A stretch of DNA of 64,000 nt, taken from contig DATJAY010000028.1 in the NCBI GenBank assembly GCA_035515795.1, positions 5,296 to 69,295 of the forward strand, in the 5' to 3' direction. Numbering within the stretch: the first letter of the stretch is position 1; every line of letters starts with the position of its first letter. A program made the translations under genes and the position numbers. A model generated the notes under the pieces. The model was not told the origin of the DNA. It ran no database searches and saw only the letters and a list, made by a program, of their open reading frames with translations. This document shows positions 28,072-38,517 of the stretch, piece after piece. The DNA is from Candidatus Acidiferrales bacterium. Lineage in GTDB: Bacteria; Bacteroidota; Ignavibacteria; Kryptoniales; JAKASW01.

Positions 28072-28147
28072 TGGCGTCCCCAAGGGGATTTGAACCCCTG
28101 TTACCGCCGTGAAAGGGCGATGTCCTAGGCCACTAGACGATGGGGAC
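28072..28147 (-). tRNA. tRNA-Glu (anticodon UUC), CCA encoded
   Basis: Reverse complement is GTCCCCATCGTCTAGTGGCCTAGGACATCGCCCTTTCACGGCGGTAACAGGGGTTCAAATCCCCTTGGGGACGCCA. It folds as a cloverleaf with anticodon loop CTTTCAC. Confidence 0.95.
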
Positions 28148-28321
28148 AAAAAGCTCATAGTTTATAGCTCGCGGTCAAAAATTCCTGGCACAAGCTATTT
28201 GAGGAGTGCCTTCTTCAGAAAATAATTTAGAAGTCCTGAGCCGAAATTACAAGGAATCTTCAAGCCGAATGCTACATTCTATGACTAATGACCAGTGCGC
28301 CGCCCAGGCTGTCATGATCCG

Positions 28322-29065
28322 CTATTTCAGATTCGCATTCAAGAAAGCGAAAATATTCTCCCATGCTTCTGCCGTCTGCGTTTCATTATATACCGACGGA
28401 TTATTGGGATTCATAAATGCGTGGTTAACGCCCGGATAAACGTGAAACTCGATCTTCTTGCCCGCTGACTGCATAGCTTTCTTGAATGCCTCGCCCATTT
28501 TGGGCGTATATGTTTTGTCTAATTCCGCAAAGTTGCACAGGACAGGGCAATTGATCTGGCCGACAGCTGCGGCGGTCGTGTCAACGTTTCCATAATCGAT
28601 GACGCAAGCCGCCAGCTTCGGAAGCAACGTCGCAGCTTCAAACGAGTAAGAGCCGCCCATGCACCAGCCGATCACTCCGATCTTAGCAGTGTTAACATTC
28701 TCAATGGAAGCAAGATATTCGAATGCGGCTTTGAGATCCATCGCGCCTCGCTCTTTCGGCACCGACACCAACAATTTGTAAGCATCCTGCGGCGTCGAAG
28801 CAAGCGCTCCACGATATAAATCTATTGCAAGTGCGACATATCCTCTCGCAGCAAAATCTCTCGCATCCTGTTTCATCCAGTCTGTCAATCCCCACCATTC
28901 ATGGATAACAATCAACGCCGGATGTTTTCCGGCATCAGCCGGTTGGGCAAGATAGGCAGAGACGGTGTCGCTCCCGCTGACGTACTGAACTATGCTCGTC
29001 TTTATTTCAGCCGCATCGGCCAGCGAGACAAAGACTACACAGACAAACACAATGACTCCCTTCAT
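28322..29065 (-). CDS. Dienelactone hydrolase family protein (secreted)
   Basis: HPALIVIHEWWGLTDW, nucleophile motif GVIGWCMGGSYS, signal peptide MKGVIVFVCVVFVSLADA, and a strong SD (AAAAGGAGGAATCG-ATG). Confidence 0.85.
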   Translation of the reverse strand: MKGVIVFVCVVFVSLADAAEIKTSIVQYVSGSDTVSAYLAQPADAGKHPALIVIHEWWGLTDWMKQDARDFAARGYVALAIDLYRGALASTPQDAYKLLVSVPKERGAMDLKAAFEYLASIENVNTAKIGVIGWCMGGSYSFEAATLLPKLAACVIDYGNVDTTAAAVGQINCPVLCNFAELDKTYTPKMGEAFKKAMQSAGKKIEFHVYPGVNHAFMNPNNPSVYNETQTAEAWENIFAFLNANLK

Positions 29066-29180
29066 CGATTCCTCCTTTTTGATAACTACGAATTATCCAT
29101 TCGCGCTGTCATTCGCACGCGGATGGATTCGCTCTCACTATCCGGTAATTGCTGATTACTGCTCAATGGTAACAAAAAAT

Positions 29181-29510
29181 TCAGTTCTGCTCCAAAACTC
29201 TCGTGATCTTATCGACCAGCATCGACTTCGGTACTGCGCCTACGAGTTGTTCCGCAACTCTCCCTCCGTTAAAAATCAGGAGTGTCGGAATGCTCATTAT
29301 GCCGAACGTCATTGCGATTTCCTGGTTGGCATCGACATCGACTTTGGCAACCTTCAATTTGCCGTCATACTCCGCGGCGAGCTGTTCCACAACAGGGGCG
29401 ATCATTTTGCATGGACCGCACCATGCTGCCCAGAAATCTACCAGCACAGGCAGATTACTCTTTACGACTTCGGATTCAAAATTTTGCACATTTACAACGA
29501 CGGGTTTCAT
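29181..29510 (-). CDS. trxA: Thioredoxin
   Basis: 109 aa with VLVDFWAAWCGPCKMIAP and typical TrxA length. Confidence 0.95.
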   Translation of the reverse strand: MKPVVVNVQNFESEVVKSNLPVLVDFWAAWCGPCKMIAPVVEQLAAEYDGKLKVAKVDVDANQEIAMTFGIMSIPTLLIFNGGRVAEQLVGAVPKSMLVDKITRVLEQN

Positions 29511-29632
29511 TTAATTTCTTCCTTCAGAATTTTTTAAATTATTTTGCCTCCACCCGGAAGTTGCCAGTCTCGGACTCCGCATGAAATGAGATCTCGCCCG
29601 TTCAAAGACCAGACAGAAGCGTTAACCTGTGA

Positions 29633-32600
29633 TCACGAAATTAATCTCACGTTTTCCTTTCCAAAAAGGCCGAACAGTGCATCCACAAATTTCCGGTTAG
29701 GATCCACCGACTTATTCGATCTGAAAATTTTTGGCTTCCCATTTTCACTGTTAACGCTAAAGAAGATGGAACAATTCCCGGTAGAGTAATTCCCCAGCAT
29801 CTCCTTCAGCGAAACCAGACCCTCTTTGGAGTTGTCGCTTCTGTCAATAGAAACCGCTATACTTTTTGTCAGCTTTCCTGCGGCTTCTTCCATTGAGATT
29901 GCCTCGTTTGCCATAATGCGGACCGAGTCGCCATTTGATTCAGCCTTACCCGAAACCAGGACGATGGAATCGGCAAACAGCACGCCTTGATATTTTGAAT
30001 ATGCATCGGAGAAAAAAATCACATCGCCCTTCCCCGTAAAATCTTCCAGCTGGACGAAGGCCATGGTGTTACCTTTCTTGTCGATCTTCCGCCGGACATC
30101 GACCACAATCCCGGCCGCTTTCGCGCTCATCCCCTCGACTATGGAGCTTGAATCGCCAAGGCGAACATTTGTAAATGAATTGTATTCCTGCTCGAATCTA
30201 AGAAGCGGATGTCCGGATATATATACGCCGATCAATTCCTTCTCGCGATTTAGTTTCTCCCCCTGGCTCCATTCTTCAACCATCGACAGCGACGGATAAT
30301 TTACAAGTTTCTTCTGGTCTGCGCCCAGAATATCGAAAAGAGATGATTGGGAACTTGACTTGCTCTCCTGTATCGACTGGCCGAACTGTGATATGGTCTC
30401 GAATGAATTATATAATTGCGCCCGCCGGTGTCCCATGGAATCAAACGCGCCGGCTTGGACAAGGCTTTCAAGCGCCCGCTTGTTCACGGATTTCATGTCG
30501 ACACGGGAGACGAAGTCGAAAATATTTTCGAATTTTCCTCCGTCATTTCTTGACCGGATTATTTCCTCGGCTGCGCCGACTCCGACATTTTTTATCGCGC
30601 TCAGTCCAAATCTCAGCTTCCCTTCGGTCACCGAAAAATCGGCGAGACTCTCATTCACATCCGGCCCGAGTACGGTGATTCCGAGCTTTCTGCATTCGGC
30701 CAGAAGGAGGGTGGTCTTGTTCAGGTCGCCTATTTCGCTCGTGAGCGCTGCCGCCATGAACTCCGGCGGATAATAAGTTTTCAGATATGCGGTCTGGTAA
30801 GCGAGGACCGAATAGGCAACAGCATGAGATTTATTGAACCCGTATGAAGCGAACTTATCTATCAAATCGAAAATTTCTCCGGCGAGTTTCCTATCGATAG
30901 AATTCTTGATCGCTCCTTCGACAAAAAGTTTTTTCTGCTCCGCCATCAAGATTTTGTCTTTCTTTCCCATCGCACGGCGCATCATATCTGCCTGCGCGAG
31001 CGTGAATCCTGCAATCGCGCTCGCTATCTGAATCACCTGCTCCTGGTAAACCATGACACCGTAAGTCGGCTTAAGGATTTGCTCCATCTTAGGATGCAAA
31101 TATTCTATCGGCTTCCTTCCGATTTTCCTGTCGATGAAATCTTCTATCATTTCCATCGGGCCGGGTCGATACAGTGCATTCATCGCGACGACATCGTCCA
31201 TCGAGGTCGGGTTCAACTTCTTGAGGTACTCCTGCATCTTGGAACTTTCAAACTGGAACACGGCAACAGTCTGCCCGGCCGCAAAAAGCTCGTAAACTTT
31301 CGGATCGTCGTAAGGAATCCCGTCAAGATCGATTTCCTTTCCGTGATTTTCTTTGATCCGGCGGAGAGCGTCTTCAATTACGGTCAGCGTCCTCAGCCCT
31401 AAGAAATCCATCTTGAGAAGACCGATCTCCTCGAGGCTCTTGTACTCATACTCGGTGATGACTTCCGTCGAGGGCGTCTTGTAAAGCGGCACATAATCGG
31501 TAATTTTCCCGGGAGCGATCACGACTCCGGCGGCGTGCGTACCGACATTCCTGTTGGTCCCTTCGAGCACCAGCGAGTATTCGATAAGCTGTTTTATCTT
31601 CGGGTCGTTGCTCTCTTTCACCCAGCGAAGCTCGGGGATCGTATCGACCGCTTCGCGAAGCGGCGTGACCCGACCAAGGATAACGGGGATTTGCTTCGTG
31701 ATAGATTCAGTCGTCGAAAGAGAAATGCCGAGAACTCTTCCAACGTCTTTTAGGACGGCCCGCGAAGAAAGGGTTCCGAAGGTGACGATCTGGCACACCG
31801 ACTCCTCTCCGTATTTTCTCTTGACATAATCGATGACGAGATTACGTTTGTTGTCGGCGAAGTCGATATCGATGTCCGGCATCGAGACGCGATCGGGATT
31901 CAAAAATCTTTCAAAGAGAAGACCATACTTAAGCGGATCCACGTTCGTAATCCCGAGCGCATACGACACGATACTTCCTGCCGCACTTCCCCTCCCGGGA
32001 CCGACGCGAACGCCCATCTCACGAGCACTGTTTATGAAGTCCTGCACGACGAGAAAATATCCCGCAAATCCCATTTTCTTTATGACGACTATTTCATGGT
32101 CGAATCTTTTTCTAATATCAGGACTGATTTCGCCGTAGCGTTTGGTTAAACCGTCGTAGGCTAACTTCTCAAAATAATCTTCCGGACTCGACACCCCGGC
32201 ATCTGCAGGTATCGGAAATCGAGGCATCAAATCTTTTTTCAGCTCTAATTTCAAATCGCACTTATCCGCAACCTCCAATGTATTCTCTATGGCACCCGGC
32301 CCGAAATCATAGTCCGCGAATGCCCTTTCCATTTCCTCCTGACTCTTGAAATAAAATTCCGGAACTTTATACCGCAGCTCTGTGGGATCCTTCGTGCCGT
32401 TGCTGGACTGAGAGATATTCAGCAGAATATTATGCGGAATCGCATGTTCCTTTCTTAGATAGTGGCCGTCGTTCACCGCCACCATTTTCACCCCGATCTC
32501 CCTCGCAATCTTCGGAACGCTTGCGAGCACCCGTTTCTCTTCGTCGAGACCGTGGCTGTGAACCTCCAAATAATAATCTTCACCAAAGACATCTTTATAT

Positions 32601-33067
32601 TTCAGGGCGGCTTTTCTCCCGCTTTCGATATCTCCGTTGACTATCGGCTCAGATACCGGGCTGCTGAGGCACCCGCTCAGCACGATCAGTCCATCATGGT
32701 TTTCCGATAAGAGATCGAAGTCTACCCTGGGCTTGTAGTAATATCCTTCCAGATGTGCGATGGAGACCAGCTTGATGAGATTTTTATAACCTGTATAATT
32801 CTTCGCAAGAACCGTCAGGTGGTTGTATTCGTTTTTTTCGTTCCGCTTTCCCTTGGCGACATACATCTCACACCCAATTATGGGTTTGATACCAGCCTTC
32901 TTCGCAGATTTATAAAACTCAATCGCACCGAACAGAACCCCGTGGTCGGTCAAGGCGAGCGCGGGCATTTTGAACTCGACTGCGCGAGCAATCATGTCAT
33001 TGATCTGGGTCGCGCCGTCTAACAAGCTGTAATGCGAATGATTATGAAGATGAACAAACTGCTGCAT
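29633..33067 (-). CDS. dnaE: DNA polymerase III alpha subunit
   Basis: PHP domain start MQQFVHLHNHSHYSLLDGA, then GPGRGSAAGS, MPDIDIDF, and a C-terminal OB-fold region. 1144 aa. Confidence 0.95.
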   Translation of the reverse strand: MQQFVHLHNHSHYSLLDGATQINDMIARAVEFKMPALALTDHGVLFGAIEFYKSAKKAGIKPIIGCEMYVAKGKRNEKNEYNHLTVLAKNYTGYKNLIKLVSIAHLEGYYYKPRVDFDLLSENHDGLIVLSGCLSSPVSEPIVNGDIESGRKAALKYKDVFGEDYYLEVHSHGLDEEKRVLASVPKIAREIGVKMVAVNDGHYLRKEHAIPHNILLNISQSSNGTKDPTELRYKVPEFYFKSQEEMERAFADYDFGPGAIENTLEVADKCDLKLELKKDLMPRFPIPADAGVSSPEDYFEKLAYDGLTKRYGEISPDIRKRFDHEIVVIKKMGFAGYFLVVQDFINSAREMGVRVGPGRGSAAGSIVSYALGITNVDPLKYGLLFERFLNPDRVSMPDIDIDFADNKRNLVIDYVKRKYGEESVCQIVTFGTLSSRAVLKDVGRVLGISLSTTESITKQIPVILGRVTPLREAVDTIPELRWVKESNDPKIKQLIEYSLVLEGTNRNVGTHAAGVVIAPGKITDYVPLYKTPSTEVITEYEYKSLEEIGLLKMDFLGLRTLTVIEDALRRIKENHGKEIDLDGIPYDDPKVYELFAAGQTVAVFQFESSKMQEYLKKLNPTSMDDVVAMNALYRPGPMEMIEDFIDRKIGRKPIEYLHPKMEQILKPTYGVMVYQEQVIQIASAIAGFTLAQADMMRRAMGKKDKILMAEQKKLFVEGAIKNSIDRKLAGEIFDLIDKFASYGFNKSHAVAYSVLAYQTAYLKTYYPPEFMAAALTSEIGDLNKTTLLLAECRKLGITVLGPDVNESLADFSVTEGKLRFGLSAIKNVGVGAAEEIIRSRNDGGKFENIFDFVSRVDMKSVNKRALESLVQAGAFDSMGHRRAQLYNSFETISQFGQSIQESKSSSQSSLFDILGADQKKLVNYPSLSMVEEWSQGEKLNREKELIGVYISGHPLLRFEQEYNSFTNVRLGDSSSIVEGMSAKAAGIVVDVRRKIDKKGNTMAFVQLEDFTGKGDVIFFSDAYSKYQGVLFADSIVLVSGKAESNGDSVRIMANEAISMEEAAGKLTKSIAVSIDRSDNSKEGLVSLKEMLGNYSTGNCSIFFSVNSENGKPKIFRSNKSVDPNRKFVDALFGLFGKENVRLIS

Positions 33068-33068
33068 A

Positions 33069-33704
33069 TTAATTCATTAAAATAGGATAAAGTGTAAATT
33101 CGGTTATCGTATAATTGTCGAAAAGTGTGCGGAAATAAAGATCGACATTGTCGAACGGACTGTAAATCTCGATCGTGTGCCACCCTGCTGCAGCAGAAAT
33201 AGAAGGTGGAACATAATTCATTTCCTCGTCGTCAAATTTCAGCGTCGGCTTTCGTGTGCACCCGACGCAGCTTATCGACAAAGATGGATCATATGAAAAC
33301 TGCGTACTCTTCTCCTGCTGTGCCATGAAAAACGTTTTGCCGTCCACGTTCAAATAATTGTTGGCAACTTGGATCGAAACCGAGTCGCCTCCTATCAAAT
33401 ATAGCGGTAATCCGCGAACCCACATGCTCGCCCCGATCACATCGACATAGAACCATCCAGGCGAGACACCTTTCGCCAACACTCGTGAATGTCCGTGGCG
33501 GATTGAAATCCTATATGAGCCGCTCAGATCAAAATCAAAATCAATTTTAGAATCAACAGTAAAAATAGTTTTCGTTGTGTCGAACGGGTTCACCACGTAG
33601 TTATTAGAAACTCTGGAAAGGCCTATGCTTATCGAAGGTCTCAAGAACGCGCATGAAGATAATCCCAGAGAAAGAGCCGCCACAAATTTTAAGAAAGTAG
33701 TCAT
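33069..33704 (-). CDS. Hypothetical lipoprotein
   Basis: Lipobox-like MTTFLKFVAALSLGLSSC. No recognisable domain. Its stop lies 1 nt before the dnaE ATG. Confidence 0.55.
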   Translation of the reverse strand: MTTFLKFVAALSLGLSSCAFLRPSISIGLSRVSNNYVVNPFDTTKTIFTVDSKIDFDFDLSGSYRISIRHGHSRVLAKGVSPGWFYVDVIGASMWVRGLPLYLIGGDSVSIQVANNYLNVDGKTFFMAQQEKSTQFSYDPSLSISCVGCTRKPTLKFDDEEMNYVPPSISAAAGWHTIEIYSPFDNVDLYFRTLFDNYTITEFTLYPILMN

Positions 33705-33766
33705 CTCACCACTGACATGAATTTAACACATAATTCGACAACTTTTCTAACGGTTTCTGCAAATTT

Positions 33767-35188
33767 TCAGACACTTGTGTTCATGACAAGCAACTTCGGT
33801 TCGGTCATCTCGTTGATCGCGTATCGGACACCCTCTCGACCGAAGCCCGAATCCTTGACGCCGCCATACGGCATGTTGTCAATCCTGTAAGTCGGATAGT
33901 CATTTATTATGACGCCGCCGACTTCTATCTCGTCGAAAGCGCGGAAGATTTTCCGTGAGTCGTTGGTAAAAATTCCCGCCTGGAGTCCGAACCGGGTATC
34001 GTTGACCTTTTGGATCGCTTCCTCGAAAGCAGAATATTTATCCAGGACCGCAACAGGCGCAAATGCCTCCTCGCAATAAAGACTGATATTTGTGGGTACG
34101 TTTTCGAAAATGGTCGGCTCGATGACATTTCCTTCCCTCTTGCCGCCTGCCAACAGTTTTGCACCGGCGCCTTTTGCCTCTTCAATCCAGCTGAACGCAC
34201 GATCTGCTTCACCATGGCTTATCATCGGCCCCACGACCGTGTCATCATCAAGCGGATTACCAATTTTCAATTTCCTGGTCTGCTCTACGAACAATTCCCT
34301 GAACTTTTCGTACAAATCTTTATGCACGAAGATCCTCTGCACCGAGATGCAAATTTGCCCCGCGTTTGAGAATGCTCCAATAGCCAGTCGCTTCGACACA
34401 AAATCAAGATCGGCATCAGGCTCGACAACGGCGGCAGCATTTCCACCTAATTCAAGCAAGACTTTTTTCTTGGGTACCTTCGATTTTAAATGCCATCCAA
34501 CTTTCGGACTTCCTGTGAAGCTGAGCATCTTCACGCGCGGATCAGCGGAGAGTCTCTCTGCAATTTCATTGCTGCAAGAGACAACGTTGACCGCACCTTC
34601 AGGGACACCGGAGTCAGAGAAGATGCCGGCAAGCAAAATTGAAGTGATCGGCGTTTGTGGAGGGGATTTGTGTACCACAGTATTTCCCGCCGCGAGTGCC
34701 GGAGCGATTTTATGGGCAACGAGATTAAGCGGAAAATTAAACGGCGTAATGGTCGCCACGGGACCTATCGGGTAGCGCTTTACTATTCCCCATCGGTTCT
34801 CGGAGCCGGGTGCAATGTCGAGGGTTACAACTTCACCGGAAATTCTCGTGGACTCTTCGGCTGCAATGGAAAACGTCAGGACGGCCCTGTCAACCTCAGT
34901 CCTGGTATACTGGATCGGCTTGCCGGATTCCAACGTCATGGTACGGGCGATCTCTTCTTTCCGGCTCCGGAGTTGATCCGCTGTTCTTCGTAAAACTTCC
35001 GCGCGTCGGTAGGCCGGAAGCCTCCGGGTTGTTTCAAATCCTTTTTTGGCGGCGTCGACGGCCTCCCCGATCTCGACCTCCCCGGCCTGGAACACCTCGC
35101 CGACAAGGGAGCCGTCATAAGGATTGGTCACGGCCAAACGATCTCTCGTCTCAATCCATTTTCCGCCGATAAACAGTTTATATTCCAC
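33767..35188 (-). CDS. NAD(P)+-dependent aldehyde dehydrogenase
   Basis: ALDH motifs FTGSPKVG, LELGGNAAAVV and FSNAGQICISVQR (catalytic Cys), plus EEAFAPV. 473 aa. Confidence 0.9.
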   Translation of the reverse strand: MEYKLFIGGKWIETRDRLAVTNPYDGSLVGEVFQAGEVEIGEAVDAAKKGFETTRRLPAYRRAEVLRRTADQLRSRKEEIARTMTLESGKPIQYTRTEVDRAVLTFSIAAEESTRISGEVVTLDIAPGSENRWGIVKRYPIGPVATITPFNFPLNLVAHKIAPALAAGNTVVHKSPPQTPITSILLAGIFSDSGVPEGAVNVVSCSNEIAERLSADPRVKMLSFTGSPKVGWHLKSKVPKKKVLLELGGNAAAVVEPDADLDFVSKRLAIGAFSNAGQICISVQRIFVHKDLYEKFRELFVEQTRKLKIGNPLDDDTVVGPMISHGEADRAFSWIEEAKGAGAKLLAGGKREGNVIEPTIFENVPTNISLYCEEAFAPVAVLDKYSAFEEAIQKVNDTRFGLQAGIFTNDSRKIFRAFDEIEVGGVIINDYPTYRIDNMPYGGVKDSGFGREGVRYAINEMTEPKLLVMNTSV

Positions 35189-35272
35189 AGCGTGGTCCCT
35201 TAATTATAACCATCCGCTAACGTCGGGCGTTTTTACAAACGCGCCGGAACCTAAACACAGCCGGATACGCAG

Positions 35273-36967
35273 TCAGATTTTCAAAAAGCCTTTGACTTCA
35301 TCAAGCACGTCCGACGCTGCGACAACTTTTCGCTCGCCGGTCTTCCTAAACTTCAATTCAATTTTTCCCTGCTTCAAATTTCTCTCGCCGACAATCACCT
35401 GCACAGGCATTCCGAGAAGATCGGCATCCTTGAATTTGAATCCCGGACTTATGCCCTGCCTGTCATCGTAAAGAATCTCTATGCCTGATTTCGAAAACTC
35501 TCCGTATAGATTTTCCGCCTCCTGAACTACTTCTTTGTTGTCCATGTTGACGGAAATCAAGTGTACCATAAAAGGCGCAATCGACTTATCCCAGATTATC
35601 CCATCCAGATCGTGATTCTGTTCGATGTGGCAGGCTATGATTCTTTCGACTCCTATGCCGTAGCTCCCCATGACGATCGGCTTCTCCGTTCCGTCTTCAT
35701 CCAGATAATTCGCGTGAAGCGAGACGGAATACTTAGTACCAAGTTTGAAAATGTGGCCGATTTCGATCGCGTTTACGATCCGCAGCTTTCCTTTGCAATT
35801 CGGACACGGCTCGCCCGCGTCGATCGTTCGCAAATCATAATAAGCTTCCACCTTTGTGTCGCGCTTCAAATCGATGTGTGTGACATGATAATCGTCCTTG
35901 TTCGCGCCGCTGATCAGTTCGTTAGCGCCTTCGAGCCGTTTGTCCGCGATTATTTTAAATTCCCGCAGACCGATGGGGCCAATTGAGCCCGCATTTGCGC
36001 CGGTATATTTCGCAAGTTCTTCGGGTGCCATCGCGGATGCATTCTTTCCGATTGCGGTAAGAAGTTTCGCCTCGTTCAGCTGGTCGTTGCCGGACATCAG
36101 GATCAGGACAGGGGTGTCATCGACTTTATAGACAAGAGATTTGGCAAGTCTCTCAGTAGAAATCTTCAAGAATTCGCCGAGCTGATCGATGGTCTTGATA
36201 TTCGGCGTGTGAATTTCTTCCGGCATCTCAGAGCCATCGATCCTTCCAAGCGGCGCTACAGCGCTCGATGCTACTTCAAGATTTGCGGCATAGCCGCAAT
36301 TATCGCAAAGGGCACAAGTGTCTTCCCCATCGGGTGATTCGACCATAAATTCCTGCGAACCCGTACCACCCATCGCACCGCTCGATGCACCGACGATAAA
36401 AAATTTCAACCCGCTCCGCGAATAAATTTTTTTGTAAGCCTCTTTGTGAAGCTCATAACCTTTGTCGAGATCCTCGAAACTCCTGTCGAAGGTATACGAG
36501 TCCTTCATGAAAAATTGCCTTCCGCGGATAACGCCCGAGCGCGGGCGCGGCTCGTTCCTGAACTTCGTCTGAATCTGGTACCAGATTTTCGGCAGGTCGC
36601 GATACGATTTGATATTGTCTTTGGCGATCGTCGTGAAAACCTCTTCGTGCGTCGGTGCAAGGACAAAAGGACGATTCTTAACATGAAACAGGGTATCTCC
36701 GAACGACTCGACTCTTCCCGTCTGCTCCCATATCTCAACGGGATTGAGTGCGGGAAGCTGGAACTCCTGCCCGCCGATAGCGTCCATCTCCTGCCGTATA
36801 ATTTCCATGACTTTCTTCATGACACGCCAACCGAATGGAAGCCATGAATAGATTCCGGCCGACAGAGGGCGAATCAGTCCGGCCCTCACCATCAACCGGT
36901 GGCTCGCCATGGTCGCGTCAGCAGGATTTTCTTTCAGCGTAGGAAGAAAGTATGTGCTAAGTCTCAT
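35273..36967 (-). CDS. proS: Prolyl-tRNA synthetase (bacterial type with editing insertion)
   Basis: MRLSTYFLPTLKENPADATMASHRLMVRAGLIRPLSAGIYSWLPFG, FRNEPRPRSGVIRGRQF, and GSYGIGVER. Confidence 0.95.
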   Translation of the reverse strand: MRLSTYFLPTLKENPADATMASHRLMVRAGLIRPLSAGIYSWLPFGWRVMKKVMEIIRQEMDAIGGQEFQLPALNPVEIWEQTGRVESFGDTLFHVKNRPFVLAPTHEEVFTTIAKDNIKSYRDLPKIWYQIQTKFRNEPRPRSGVIRGRQFFMKDSYTFDRSFEDLDKGYELHKEAYKKIYSRSGLKFFIVGASSGAMGGTGSQEFMVESPDGEDTCALCDNCGYAANLEVASSAVAPLGRIDGSEMPEEIHTPNIKTIDQLGEFLKISTERLAKSLVYKVDDTPVLILMSGNDQLNEAKLLTAIGKNASAMAPEELAKYTGANAGSIGPIGLREFKIIADKRLEGANELISGANKDDYHVTHIDLKRDTKVEAYYDLRTIDAGEPCPNCKGKLRIVNAIEIGHIFKLGTKYSVSLHANYLDEDGTEKPIVMGSYGIGVERIIACHIEQNHDLDGIIWDKSIAPFMVHLISVNMDNKEVVQEAENLYGEFSKSGIEILYDDRQGISPGFKFKDADLLGMPVQVIVGERNLKQGKIELKFRKTGERKVVAASDVLDEVKGFLKI

Positions 36968-37048
36968 TTCAGTTGTCTGCTTTCAGCTCTCAGGTTTTAG
37001 GATTTTCCCGAAGGGATTCCTTCGGAAAGAGTTTCGAATTTGTTTTTG

Positions 37049-37122
37049 TGCCCCTGGCGTGACTCGAACACGCGACACAGAGTTTAGGAAACTCTTGCTC
37101 TATCCAACTGAGCTACAGGGGC
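37049..37122 (-). tRNA. tRNA-Arg (anticodon CCU), CCA not encoded
   Basis: Reverse complement is GCCCCTGTAGCTCAGTTGGATAGAGCAAGAGTTTCCTAAACTCTGTGTCGCGTGTTCGAGTCACGCCAGGGGCA. Anticodon loop is TTCCTAA. Confidence 0.95.
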
Positions 37123-37189
37123 AGGAATCCTTTACTAATTTATTTCTTCGAGGGAAGATTTACAATTGACGAAACGCTTGAAATCTGTC

Positions 37190-37232
37190 TCCCAAAACAA
37201 AAAAGCCGACCCGCGTTGAACACGAATCGGCT
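37190..37232 (-). terminator. Rho-independent terminator after the 37254..38267 gene
   Basis: Minus strand reads GCCGA-ttCGTG-ttcaa-CGCGgg-TCGGC, an imperfect extended stem, followed by TTTTTTGTTTT. Confidence 0.55.
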
Positions 37233-37253
37233 TTGAAAGGAAATCTTTCGGTC

Positions 37254-38267
37254 TTACTTATAAAGGAAGTATTGCACGATCTTTGCCAGGCGCGGATCTG
37301 CGGCCGGATATGCGTTTATCACATCCTGGTTGTGATAATCTGTCCACACGTAAGTGCCTGCACCGAGCGAGTTTTCAACGATGCAATAAATAATGGGGGA
37401 AGTTCCCTGGATATACGCATATGTTTTGGCGACTGCACTTGGAGGTAGATCGGTAAACTTCTCGTACCCCGACAAGTTTCTGGAGTCAGCTGAAACCCAA
37501 TTCAAAATTGCTCCGCCCACGTAAGCGTTAAGATTCGGGTCTATTATATGGATGGAATCCACGGATCCGTTTGGATATTGATCATCGTAATTCTGATAAT
37601 AGCCGGGGAATATTCTCTGCAGGTGATAGTAATTGTAGTGGCCGCCGAACACTTTTCCGCCGTTCGTTATGTAGCGTCCGTACTCGCGTGAAAGTTGAGC
37701 GTAATCGTCACCGCCTTCACTGCCGCCATCGCAGTCGGAGAAAACGAGAGTATAACCGGCAAGATAGCTCTGTGCTTTCACCGAGTCCGTGGCAATGTTA
37801 TTAATAAGGTCGGAGACATAGATCGAATCGTACCCGCCAAAGTTCAGAACCTTCAACACGTCTTCAGTCGCTTCGGCACTAGCTTGAACCACCAAAACCT
37901 TGAGTGCGGTGTTTCTCACAACTTGATGATTCCCGATGTTTGTACCGGTTTGGCTTGCTGAAACACTCGCGGTAAACGTCACCTGGAAGATGGCGCCGAG
38001 TTTGGCGACAAAAGTCTGGTTCCCTGCCGGTGCCTTTATCGTGGCTTTACCTGTCGTGTCGGTAACCGCCGCAAAAACCGAATCGTTATCGGCCTTACCC
38101 TGCAATTTGAAAATTGCACCGGCCTGAGGGTTCCCCGCAGGATTCAAGATCGTGGCAGTGACGGGATACAATGGTCCGTTACTCACGCTGTTTGAACTTT
38201 TCGAACAGCTTTCGAACAATACCACAGAGATGAGCAATAAAAATAGAATCGAAGATGTTCTTTTCAT
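37254..38267 (-). CDS. Hypothetical lipoprotein
   Basis: Lipoprotein signal MKRTSSILFLLLISVVLFESC. The N-terminal segment (TATILNPAGNPQAGAIFKL...TDTTGKATIKAPAGN) looks like a carboxypeptidase-regulatory-type Ig fold. The rest is unassigned. Confidence 0.55.
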   Translation of the reverse strand: MKRTSSILFLLLISVVLFESCSKSSNSVSNGPLYPVTATILNPAGNPQAGAIFKLQGKADNDSVFAAVTDTTGKATIKAPAGNQTFVAKLGAIFQVTFTASVSASQTGTNIGNHQVVRNTALKVLVVQASAEATEDVLKVLNFGGYDSIYVSDLINNIATDSVKAQSYLAGYTLVFSDCDGGSEGGDDYAQLSREYGRYITNGGKVFGGHYNYYHLQRIFPGYYQNYDDQYPNGSVDSIHIIDPNLNAYVGGAILNWVSADSRNLSGYEKFTDLPPSAVAKTYAYIQGTSPIIYCIVENSLGAGTYVWTDYHNQDVINAYPAADPRLAKIVQYFLYK

Positions 38268-38517
38268 GATGCCTCCTTATTATGAACCAGCAAATGTTCT
38301 GATTCGCGTTTTAAAAGATTCTTTTGGATTGCCAGAATTATTAATTTAATATAACATACTAATCAATCTTTTTCATGTGATTAATAGCACGGGTAGGAAA
38401 TCAAGCCTGATAAACAGTTAATATTCAAACGGTCCGCTTTTATATTTCGGTCTATCTTGAAACTGTCGGCAAATAGAGACAAATTTGTTACCGATTCAAG
38501 CCAACAGAGAGCAATTA

